Shown: one piece after another, positions 8,233-16,916 of the stretch
How positions within the stretch are numbered: position 1 is the first letter of the stretch
Layout: the number at the start of each line of letters is the position of its first letter
Assembly (NCBI GenBank): GCA_964619725.1
Contig: CAZUFC010000011.1
Span: forward strand, 67,850-89,436
DNA: 21,587 bases
DNA from: an uncultured bacterium
GTDB taxonomy: Bacteria > CSSED10-310 > CAZUFC01
Reading direction: 5' to 3'
Notes under the pieces: model-generated
Databases searched by the model: none
Seen by the model: the letters and a program-made list of their open reading frames with translations, nothing else
What the model was told of the DNA's origin: nothing
Program-made: the position numbers and the translations under genes

Positions 8233-11163
8233 ATGGAGATGAAAAAAAGTTTTATATGGTGCGTCGTTCTCTTTTCTTTCATTGTCTGGTCGGCAATTCA
8301 GTTCGCTCCGGAGGCACGCTGCTATGTGGACGGGAGCGAAATAACGGATACGTGGAATCCATCGACCACGGGCTACGCCTGTCGCCGTATACTGGTCAAG
8401 GACAGTTCAGGAAGTCTTTATGCTGTGTTGAACATAGCCGTCAATCAAGATAACAACGAGCCTTATTACGTCAGCGTGATGAAATCCGACGACGGCGGGG
8501 CGACCTGGGTCTTACTGCCCGATCCGGGAATTACTCCTGTCGACACCAATAAAGGAGTCGGAATAGCGGTAGATTCTTCAGATAATATTCATCTGATTTA
8601 TCATCTTTGGGAAACCAGTAAAACAGGTCATTTCTATCATAAAGAATTCAACGGCTCTTCCTGGACCGGAGCGGTGCAGGTATCGGAAGTAATGGAGGAC
8701 GGCGGAAGGAACCCGACCATAGCGGTTGACGGTTCGGACAACCTTCATGTTTTGTGGCAACGTGAAACCTTAGGCGACACTTTTTATTGCAACCGGATAG
8801 GCGGCGTATGGTCTTCCGTGGAATCGATCGGAGCGTTGGGACCGCAGACGGCCCTGGCCATTGATTATAATAATGATGTGCATGTAGTGGGCGGGTATTT
8901 TATGAGCGCAGGTCTGAAGTATAAAAAACGGACCGGCGGAACCTGGGGTTCCATGGAAACAATAGATTCAACCGGTTCGCCCCGTCATGCATCTATAGCG
9001 ATAGACTCTCTCAACCGACCTCATGTAGCTTGGACGGGCGACGGATACAGTCTGCCCTGGCGGATTTATTACAGCATAAGGGAAAGCGGAGGCTGGACCT
9101 CGCGCATGCAGATATCTGAAACGGACTTGGATTATCACGAATCTCCGATTGGCCTGGACGTAAGCGACAACGTATACATTATTTACCAGAAGGTAGTCAA
9201 TCCTTCTTCAGGTGAAGTTCAACTTTGTTACCGGAAAAAGGTCGGCGGGAGCTGGACGCCTGAAACGCCCATTACGGCGTTGTCGGACAAGGCATTTGCG
9301 CCTTCGATAAGATGGTCCTCCTTTCCGGCTTTCAACAGGATCAGCGACGTGGATGATGTCGACTTTATCTGGACGGAACGAGGCGAAGGTTCAGCGCCCT
9401 ATCCTTACCCCGCCATGTATTATGCGGGCCTGGATATAACTCCGGTCGACACCCCGACCCCGGGTCCTTCGTTCACGCCCAGCCCTTCTCCCACGCCGTC
9501 CGGCTCTCCCTATTTCATCGAAGTTACTTCCCAGGCCGGATTAATTTCCCAGTCGGCCTTTCGCCTGTCCATCGGAGACATTAACGGGGATAATTATCCC
9601 GACCTTCTTTTGCACGAACCGATCAACGAGGCGTCAAGCGATCCAGCGGACGTGCTGAATCATCAGTTCATCTATTTGAACGTTCCGGGAGATACGCCGG
9701 GAACCAGGGAGTTCGTAGATTTTACGGAAGAATCGGGCATAAGGGAAAACCGTCAGGGCACGCCGGAAGGTCGTCATTCATCACTAGGAGCTTTCGCAGA
9801 CGTAGACAATGACGGCGATCTGGACCTTTTTCTGGGTCTCTATTATCATCGACTGGAAAACTACACCGACTGGGGCGATCGCAATGACCTGTTCCTCAAC
9901 GACGGCGCCGGTCATTTCACGATGGCCCCTGATACCACATTCCACGATGCCGGGCTTCTGAATACGTCAGGCGCAACCTTCGTGGACTATGACCTGGACG
10001 GAAACATCGACATTTTCGTTGGCAACTGGTTTCTGGATTACGCCGGCAGCGTTTATTCCATGGACCGTTTGTATAAAGGAAACGGCGACGGCACGTTCAC
10101 CGAAGTCACCGCAGCGGCCGGCATGAATCTCTCCCAACCCTCCTACGGAGTTTCCATGGCGGATTACAACTGCGACGGATATCCCGACCTCTTCGCCTCA
10201 AATTATTGCCGCGGCCCCGGATTCCACTGGCACAACAACGGAGACGGCACATTCACCGAAGTCGGAAACGCAACCAATTTCAGGGCATTCACCCGATGCT
10301 CCTGGGGATGCATGCCCCGTGATTTCGACAACGACAGGGATTTCGACCTGTTCGAAGTCTATGTGCATGGATACAACACCGGCTACAGCTCAAGAATCAT
10401 GGTCAACAACGATAATGTCTTCACCTGGGAAGGCCGGCCGGAAGGAAGAATAAACGGACGACCGGATGAGGACTCTTACGATCACAACGGCGATCATTAC
10501 GGAAGCTGGCTGGATGCCGACAACGACGGTCTGGCCGATTTCGCCATTACAGAATCCGGTTACAGCAACGACCAGATGTATTTCTTCAGACAGCTTCCCG
10601 ACAATACCCTGCATGCTTGCACCGAAGCAGCAGGCCTTCACGTCGTCAATACCGGCCCGCCGCCTCATAACGCTTCCCCCTTGGATTACGATCTCGACGG
10701 AGATGAAGATATCCTCATCGGTTACGCCTCCTTCGATCACGTTAGGATGATGGAAAACGTCGTGGGAACTGATAATAACTGGCTGCAGGTCAAACTCGTC
10801 GGCCAGGGCATTCCCGGCAAAAGCAATAAATCAGCCATCGGCGCACGAGTGGAACTTAACGCCGGCGGCGTCGAATACATGCAACAGGTTGATGCCGGAA
10901 ACGGGCATTTCTCGCCACAGGTTCCCCTTATCCTCACTTTCGGACTCGGCGACGCAATCCTGGTCGACTCCATCACCGTTCACTGGCCAAACTCTTCACA
11001 TGACACGCAAACATTGACCAATCTCGCCGTTAATCAACTCATCACAATTCATGAAGGCGCCGAACCGCCTCCCGTACCCGCCGTGGACTTCCGCGGCGCT
11101 CTCCTGCTCATACTGCTTGCATCTGTGGCTCTTACGGGATACTCGCTTAATAAACTCAGGTAA
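8233..11163 (+). CDS. Secreted multi-domain protein: BNR/Asp-box-type propeller, FG-GAP (VCBS-like) repeats, ASPIC/UnbV domain (CRTAC1-like), IPTL-CTERM-like anchor
   Basis: Signal peptide; KSDDGGATW Asp-box and repeated IAVDS.DN.H blades; PT linker; DINGDNYPDL, DVDNDGDLDL, DYDLDGNIDI, DYNCDGYPDL, DFDNDRDFDL Ca-loop repeats; SNKSAIGARV...LTFGLG...ITVHWP; C-terminal PPVPAV + helix + NKLR. GGAGG spacing favours ATG 8239. Confidence 0.92.
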   Translation: MEMKKSFIWCVVLFSFIVWSAIQFAPEARCYVDGSEITDTWNPSTTGYACRRILVKDSSGSLYAVLNIAVNQDNNEPYYVSVMKSDDGGATWVLLPDPGITPVDTNKGVGIAVDSSDNIHLIYHLWETSKTGHFYHKEFNGSSWTGAVQVSEVMEDGGRNPTIAVDGSDNLHVLWQRETLGDTFYCNRIGGVWSSVESIGALGPQTALAIDYNNDVHVVGGYFMSAGLKYKKRTGGTWGSMETIDSTGSPRHASIAIDSLNRPHVAWTGDGYSLPWRIYYSIRESGGWTSRMQISETDLDYHESPIGLDVSDNVYIIYQKVVNPSSGEVQLCYRKKVGGSWTPETPITALSDKAFAPSIRWSSFPAFNRISDVDDVDFIWTERGEGSAPYPYPAMYYAGLDITPVDTPTPGPSFTPSPSPTPSGSPYFIEVTSQAGLISQSAFRLSIGDINGDNYPDLLLHEPINEASSDPADVLNHQFIYLNVPGDTPGTREFVDFTEESGIRENRQGTPEGRHSSLGAFADVDNDGDLDLFLGLYYHRLENYTDWGDRNDLFLNDGAGHFTMAPDTTFHDAGLLNTSGATFVDYDLDGNIDIFVGNWFLDYAGSVYSMDRLYKGNGDGTFTEVTAAAGMNLSQPSYGVSMADYNCDGYPDLFASNYCRGPGFHWHNNGDGTFTEVGNATNFRAFTRCSWGCMPRDFDNDRDFDLFEVYVHGYNTGYSSRIMVNNDNVFTWEGRPEGRINGRPDEDSYDHNGDHYGSWLDADNDGLADFAITESGYSNDQMYFFRQLPDNTLHACTEAAGLHVVNTGPPPHNASPLDYDLDGDEDILIGYASFDHVRMMENVVGTDNNWLQVKLVGQGIPGKSNKSAIGARVELNAGGVEYMQQVDAGNGHFSPQVPLILTFGLGDAILVDSITVHWPNSSHDTQTLTNLAVNQLITIHEGAEPPPVPAVDFRGALLLILLASVALTGYSLNKLR

Positions 11164-11202
11164 TTCAATAAACCGGCGATGATTTTTCACGCCGCTCAGC
11201 TT

Positions 11203-11278
11203 ATGACGGATTCTGTCCTTGATGCCTGCCCTTTACTTCAATTTCTGCTCAAAGGCTCAAGGATGGAATCCGGTTCAT
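11203..11278. other. Long hairpin between convergent genes (possible terminator or mini repeat element)
   Basis: CGGATTCTGTCCTTGA (11207-11222) pairs fully with TCAAGGATGGAATCCG (11257-11272) using two G-U pairs; extended by GCCT/AGGC inside and ATGA/TCAT outside; no U-tract. Confidence 0.55.
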
Positions 11279-11310
11279 TATCTGAACTGCGAGCAATTGT
11301 CTGCATGCCC

Positions 11311-12393
11311 TTACAATAAATCCTCAAGACCTTTCAGTATCTCCCGGAACAGACCGAAATCCGCCTGCTGATCAGAATCGGATAATGCCGTCTCCGGTAA
11401 ATCATGCACCTCTATCATTACTCCATCGCTCCCCGCTGCCAGTGAGGCCCGCGCCAGAGCCGTCAGTATGTCTCGCCTTCCCGCCGAATGACTCACGTCG
11501 GTTATAACAGGAAGATAGGTCTCGTTCTTCAATATAGGAACAGCCGAAATGTCCAGAGTGTTTCTCGTCCACTTCTCAAATGTCCTTATCCCTCGCTCGC
11601 ACAAAATCAGATTCTTGTTCCCCTGACTCAGTATGTATTCCGCTGCCAGCAAAAATTCCTCTATTGTGGACATATAACCACGCTTCAATAATATGGGCTT
11701 GTCCGTCTGCCCCACCGCCTTCAGCAACTCGAAGTTCGCCATATTACGGGCGCCTATCTGGAAAACGTCCAGAGCCTTGTATGCCGCCTCGATATGACGC
11801 GTGTCCATCACCTCCGATACCGCCAGCATATCATATTTCTTGACCGTCTCTCTTATTATCTCCAATCCCTTTAATCCCAACCCCTGAAAAGAATACGGCG
11901 ACGTCCTCGGCTTGAACGCTCCCCCACGGATGAATCGTACGCCCACAGACTTTAAAAATCCCGCTATTCGATCATACTGCTCAGGCGTTTCCACCGCACA
12001 AGGCCCTGCTATGATTATAGGCTTCCCTCCGCCTACCGTCACATCTCCTACTTTTACTCCCCTGTCCATACCCTCTTTTCGCGATACCAGCATATAAGTC
12101 CGCGTCTGCTCCTCAACCATATCCAGACTCGTTTGAAAAATCTGCTTGAATACTGACTTTATCGCACTCGGCTTCATCGGCCCTTCACTCTGCTCCAGCA
12201 AATCCTTCAGCATCTCCGATTCGCGTATCGGATCATACTTCTCTATTCCCAATGTCTCCTTTACACGACCTATCTTCTGGACGATCTCGATGCGCTTATT
12301 CAGTAATTCTAAAATCTCACGATTAATTCCATCTATCGACTCTCGATACTTTTTTATCCTTTCATCTATCATCTTTCCATCCTTTTCTGACAA
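11311..12393 (-). CDS. aroF: Bifunctional chorismate mutase (AroQ-type, N-terminal) / DAHP synthase type I-beta, Bacillus AroA(G)-like
   Basis: RESIDGINREILELLNKR...IGRVK...DPIRESEM chorismate mutase; IAGPCAVE, RGGAFKPRTSPYSFQGLG, QIGARNM, LLKRG, LCERGIRTFE, DVSHS, IEVH...ALSD DAHP synthase motifs. Start TTG 12393 or ATG 12372. Confidence 0.96.
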   Translation of the reverse strand: MSEKDGKMIDERIKKYRESIDGINREILELLNKRIEIVQKIGRVKETLGIEKYDPIRESEMLKDLLEQSEGPMKPSAIKSVFKQIFQTSLDMVEEQTRTYMLVSRKEGMDRGVKVGDVTVGGGKPIIIAGPCAVETPEQYDRIAGFLKSVGVRFIRGGAFKPRTSPYSFQGLGLKGLEIIRETVKKYDMLAVSEVMDTRHIEAAYKALDVFQIGARNMANFELLKAVGQTDKPILLKRGYMSTIEEFLLAAEYILSQGNKNLILCERGIRTFEKWTRNTLDISAVPILKNETYLPVITDVSHSAGRRDILTALARASLAAGSDGVMIEVHDLPETALSDSDQQADFGLFREILKGLEDLL

Positions 12394-12750
12394 ATCCGCC
12401 TTCCTCGTTTCATTATGATCATTCTCAAGAAAATCTCAAATTTTATCGACATCTTTCCCAGAATTTTCAACACGCATCTCTTCAAATTCTCGACGCATAC
12501 TTAAAATTCTAACCCCGGCAAGTCGCTGTGGTCTCTTACCAGCATGCCTGTCATTCCGTTACATTTAATCATCGGCCTGGAAAACCCCCAAATTCGCCAT
12601 TTTTTTTCTGAAATTCAATCTTTTTTCCACATATTTAAAATTAAAATAAATATTTTTTAAATACAATAACTTAATATTGCACTCCATACTGTTTTTTAAG
12701 TTTTTTTGCAGTTTTTGCCGAAATTATCATGAAAAAAACTCAGTTTTTTT

Positions 12751-12780
12751 TTGACATTTTGAAATCCGTTTTGATAGAGT
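12751..12780 (+). promoter_or_regulatory. Candidate sigma70 promoter with adjacent palindrome
   Basis: TTGACA-18 nt-TAGAGT; AAAAAAACT-C-AGTTTTTTT palindrome immediately upstream (12732-12750). Confidence 0.4.
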
Positions 12781-12855
12781 TGTTGACGAGAGACGCAATC
12801 TGCCTGTATAAGGGGACGGCGGATACCTGCAGTAACCGTAATTGAGAGGCCGCTA

Positions 12856-13500
12856 ATGAGAGGAACAAAGAATTTGGATTTAAGAGAACTGATAAAGGGT
12901 CTATGTCTGGCGGGACTTTTTTTCCTGATACTCTCTTCGTCGGGGTGGGTGAAAGGCAGCCGGCATCTGACCTGGGGGAAACTCACTTCGGACATGGGAA
13001 TAAACATCAAGGGACTGGAAGGTTTTCGGGTAGAGGAATCGAGCATACAGGATTTAGCGGACACTTCAAGCGGCAACCGTTGGGAAATATTGGCTCGCCG
13101 CGGCTCAGACTGTATCCGGATGACTGTGTTCGAGCAGATACCTTTGGAGGAAGCTGTATTGCGCATAAGGAGCCAGTGTCGCATATTGGATGAGGAATTG
13201 TCGAGTCTAAGCGAGCGAGATTCGATGGATAAAGGTGATGAATCGTTGTTTCCGGCGAAGTATTTACCCTTTTCGGACCCTACGATACCATTATATATAC
13301 TTCGTGCCGGCGACGATTTTCCCTGTCCTATCCAGGAATCATCCGGGACGGAATATCGTCTGGGTGTAACATTTTTCTTATGCGAAGCGGACGGGAAGCT
13401 TTTTCAGATCGAGTATTTTCAGCCAAATGATCAATTCAACCGTGATAAAGTGCTCGATGTGTTGAAGTCTTTTCGCTGTCCTTCGGTAGTGGCATCCTGA
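12856..13500 (+). CDS. Hypothetical exported or membrane-anchored protein
   Basis: 214 aa ORF, GAGAGG SD, single N-terminal hydrophobic segment, several Cys; no family recognised. Confidence 0.7.
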   Translation: MRGTKNLDLRELIKGLCLAGLFFLILSSSGWVKGSRHLTWGKLTSDMGINIKGLEGFRVEESSIQDLADTSSGNRWEILARRGSDCIRMTVFEQIPLEEAVLRIRSQCRILDEELSSLSERDSMDKGDESLFPAKYLPFSDPTIPLYILRAGDDFPCPIQESSGTEYRLGVTFFLCEADGKLFQIEYFQPNDQFNRDKVLDVLKSFRCPSVVAS

Positions 13501-13648
13501 TTGTTTTCTGAATCAGTCATTTCAGATTATCGGCGCTTCCAGCCCTGAATCACTCGAATCAACAGAGGAAAAAAGCATCGGTGAACGGTTTCGAGGTTAT
13601 CTGCACTGGAGGAAAGCTCAAAGACTTACGATTTGCCTTGGTAGAGCT

Positions 13649-14491
13649 TCAGTTGGGTTGCTGTTCCTGTTTTCCGATGGAGCCGGTAGTGAATTCGAGG
13701 CGATAAGGGGCAGATGCAATGCCTTTTTCGTTCTGGAAATTGCTTTTTTCCTTGGAATTTATCCAGATGATGTAGGTCTTATCGGGTTTCAGAGAAACAG
13801 GGAGCCTGCAAACCGTTCTGGTATCGTTAAAGGATGGTTCTCCCGTCAATTCGGGAAACTCATCTTTTGATTCGTAAGCCCATGTCCAACTGTCGTTTTT
13901 CATTGGAGTATCGAAGCGAACCACTATTTCCTTCAGTTCGGGAGAGACGTCGCGGGCCATATTGAGCGGATAAGTCGAAGTAACTCGCGGCGGTTGATCT
14001 GCTGCGTTGGAGATCAATTCGCTATCGCTGATCATTTTTTCAATTTCGTTTTTTTCGGGATGATCCGGAAAAACTTCCAGAAGAGTTTTAAAATAGGGAG
14101 CGGCGTAGCTCTTTCTGTCACTCGAATAGTACAGCATTCCCAGATTATACAAACTGGGAACGAACCTGGGATTTATTTTCAGGGCTTGCTTGAAGGCATT
14201 GACAGCCATATCTAGAAATTCAGGATTCCCGTGAACTTCATATCTTTGTTTGTAAACCAGTCCTTTGGCGTTCATTAAAACGGGAGATTCCGGCTCCCTT
14301 TCCAAAACATCATCGTATAATTTCAGCGCTTCATCATATCGGCCGTTCTGGACGTGTTCCGAGCCTTTTTGAAGCGCTTCCCGGATCGACAATTCAGCAG
14401 CGAAAACCGACGAAAAAAGGAAAAGGAAAGCGACCGCAACGGAAAGCCGTCTTAATTGATTGCTTTTGTTTTCTCTTTTGGGGGGTTTCAT
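13649..14491 (-). CDS. Secreted TPR-repeat protein with C-terminal bacterial Ig-like (Big_5/SbsA-type) domain
   Basis: Signal peptide ending SSVFA; TPRs (YDEALKLYDDVLEREP, AFKQALKINP, LYNLGMLYY); PPRVTSTYP...IVVRFDTPM...LKPDKTY...LEFTTG. Start ATG 14491 chosen so the signal peptide is N-terminal; the ORF extends to ATG 14665. Confidence 0.85.
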   Translation of the reverse strand: MKPPKRENKSNQLRRLSVAVAFLFLFSSVFAAELSIREALQKGSEHVQNGRYDEALKLYDDVLEREPESPVLMNAKGLVYKQRYEVHGNPEFLDMAVNAFKQALKINPRFVPSLYNLGMLYYSSDRKSYAAPYFKTLLEVFPDHPEKNEIEKMISDSELISNAADQPPRVTSTYPLNMARDVSPELKEIVVRFDTPMKNDSWTWAYESKDEFPELTGEPSFNDTRTVCRLPVSLKPDKTYIIWINSKEKSNFQNEKGIASAPYRLEFTTGSIGKQEQQPN

Positions 14492-15002
14492 GGCTGAATT
14501 TCGGCAAGAATTTTTATGACTGCGAATAATATTTGTCTTCCGTTTTTCGGAAAGAGGAATGATAGCATAGTTGAGATTTTTTCGCGATAATTTATGCGAA
14601 AAATTCGAGTCGATTTTCATTACAGAATGATGAATGCCGTCTGATTTCTGCGGTATGTTCTTCATCGTTCTCGTCTCCTTCCTTGTTCATTCATTCATCG
14701 AATGATCTATGATATTGTTTCAAGACCGAAATGTAAAGCGGGGAATCCCGATCTGATCGCATCGCCGGTTTTAAAACCGGCTCCTCTGAAAAAAGAGCTT
14801 CCGTTAGTGGATTCCGACGGTGCAATGGAATATTTCGATTGTCGGCGGTTGAGCAGGAAATCATCTTTACTTCGACATGCCCGGGCAGACAGAAACTTGC
14901 TAAAAGAAAAATATTCCATTAGACTTTTGTGGTTTGCATGATTTCACCGCTCGAAACAAAAGATGAGGAAGCCAGAGCGGAAATTGACGCTTGAATTTCA
15001 AA

Positions 15003-16895
15003 ATGAATTGTCCCAGTCGAAAAATCTTCACAAAAACAGTTTTCTACATTTTCACCATCATTTTTCTGGCCGGCGGAATTTTCATTTTTCATCAGTATCT
15101 TTTCCATCATGGCTTGAAGGCCCGATACTATTCTAATCGGCATTTCCAGGGCGAGCCTTTCTACGAAGAAAACGACAGGGAAATAAGCGTTGAAGTAGTT
15201 CGAGAAAAATACGCTGAATTTCCTCAAAGAAATTTCAGCGTTCACTACAGCGGATGGATTTATATTCCAGCTTCTGCTTTTTACACTTTCACCACCAGGT
15301 CTGATGACGGCTCTGACCTTTATGTTGACGGAAAACTCGTCCTGCACAACTACCGGTTTCCACCCGTGGCTTCAGAAACCGTCGAACTCAGCAAAGGATT
15401 GCACTCATTCGAGATTCGATACGTGCAAAGCGGCGGGCCTTACGACATGGCGCTTTACTGGTCCTCATCAGGAGCCGAGAATACAGATGCCGGTTCACCG
15501 GAAAAAAGCGGCGCCCACCAGAGTTCAAAAAAAGCCGGATTCGAGCGAGAACTGCTGCCCGCTTCTGTATTATATAACTACAAACCGCCGTTAATACTGG
15601 TCTATTTTGAGAAAACTTTTTTCCCGGTTTATGCGGTTTTTTATATTCTTTTTACGGCGACGGTTCTATTTTTAGGAGCGATAAGCGCTGCGGCAAAACA
15701 GGGTTGTCTTTTTATGCTGAAAAAAATCAGCGTGAAAACGGCGGCAGTCATTTTAGGATTGCTGATATCTTTTACTGCGGCTGAATTATTTTCCCGTTTT
15801 TATCTCTATTTGAAACAGGACCATAGGACTTATGAGCAGCGGCTGGAAGAATCTGAATTACATAAATTAACGACATTTTCAGGGCCTGTTTTTAATTTGA
15901 ACGGACTCGTCAAACCCAGCGAGAACAAAAACATAGTGTACGAAATGAAACCCAATCTTTTCGGAACATTTCGCAATCAACCCCTGCGCACTAATTCGCA
16001 TGGATTGCGCGACCGCGAATACTCCTTCAACAAAGCTCCCGGCGTTTTCAGAATCGTCGGCCTGGGAGATTCGATTATTTTCGGATGGGGAGTCAAAATG
16101 GAGGACACTTTTCCTTCTTTGCTGGAGGATTGGTTGAATCAGGCGGACTCTGATCGAAAATATGAAGTAATCAATTTCGGAGCGCCCGGATATAATACGG
16201 CGATAGAAGCCGCTGTTTTCGAGCATAAATGCCTGAAATATGACCCTGACCTGGCGATTCTTAATTTTATTTCCAACGATTTTAATCTTCCTAATTTTAT
16301 TGAGAACCCGCCGAAATATTCATCATTGAAGAGGTCTTATTTTCTGAAGCTGATCATAGACGCATTTAAGGGATTAAAAGGTCGGGAGGAAGAATCGCTT
16401 ATCGGCCTGGACCTTCGAGATCGCTTTGAAATAGGTAAGTTAGAGGCTACTGTGCCGAAGGATCAGAAACCTGAGCTTATCGGCATGGAAAATGAACGAA
16501 AGGGAGAAAAGCAGGACATTCCTGACGGAGCTTCCGCAAACGTTCCGGAGGAATTCCGATACATGATCGGCAAATCTGGAGTCAAACGTGCGTTGAAGCG
16601 GCTGGCGGAAGCAGCCCAAGAACATGACGTTCCTGTTTTAATAGCTTCTTCAGCTTTGCCGCATCAGAAAAAATTCCTGGAAAAGACCTGCAAAGAGCTT
16701 AATTTACACTATTTAGACCTGTCCGGATACGTGCAGGATTACGTGGACAATAATGAGATAAAGGACCCCAGGGGTTTAAAGGTATCGCCGGCGGATTCTC
16801 ATCCCAATGAAGAAGCACATAGAATAATGGCCGAAGGGATTGGCCGGTATTTGCTTGAGCGTGAGCTGATTCCGCTTGAGGTTCAGGGTGAATGA
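15003..16895 (+). CDS. Membrane protein with PA14 domain and SGNH/GDSL (AlgJ/AlgX-like) domain
   Basis: TM; GLKARYY...FSVHYSGWIYIP...SDDGSDLYVDG...LSKGLH.FEIRY.Q (PA14); two TMs; TNSHGLRD, LGDS, INFGAPGYN, SND, DSHPNEEAH (SGNH blocks). Start ATG 15003 or TTG 14991. Confidence 0.9.
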   Translation: MNCPSRKIFTKTVFYIFTIIFLAGGIFIFHQYLFHHGLKARYYSNRHFQGEPFYEENDREISVEVVREKYAEFPQRNFSVHYSGWIYIPASAFYTFTTRSDDGSDLYVDGKLVLHNYRFPPVASETVELSKGLHSFEIRYVQSGGPYDMALYWSSSGAENTDAGSPEKSGAHQSSKKAGFERELLPASVLYNYKPPLILVYFEKTFFPVYAVFYILFTATVLFLGAISAAAKQGCLFMLKKISVKTAAVILGLLISFTAAELFSRFYLYLKQDHRTYEQRLEESELHKLTTFSGPVFNLNGLVKPSENKNIVYEMKPNLFGTFRNQPLRTNSHGLRDREYSFNKAPGVFRIVGLGDSIIFGWGVKMEDTFPSLLEDWLNQADSDRKYEVINFGAPGYNTAIEAAVFEHKCLKYDPDLAILNFISNDFNLPNFIENPPKYSSLKRSYFLKLIIDAFKGLKGREEESLIGLDLRDRFEIGKLEATVPKDQKPELIGMENERKGEKQDIPDGASANVPEEFRYMIGKSGVKRALKRLAEAAQEHDVPVLIASSALPHQKKFLEKTCKELNLHYLDLSGYVQDYVDNNEIKDPRGLKVSPADSHPNEEAHRIMAEGIGRYLLERELIPLEVQGE

Positions 16896-16916
16896 ACTTC
16901 GTCTGGAGTGTTATCA

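Noticed and set aside
12394-12600. T-box or attenuator leader for the DAHP synthase gene
   Set aside because: No T-box consensus, aromatic-rich leader peptide or terminator hairpin could be identified.
14702-14941. Short overlapping ORFs on both strands
   Set aside because: No SD, no recognisable motifs; likely a divergent intergenic region.
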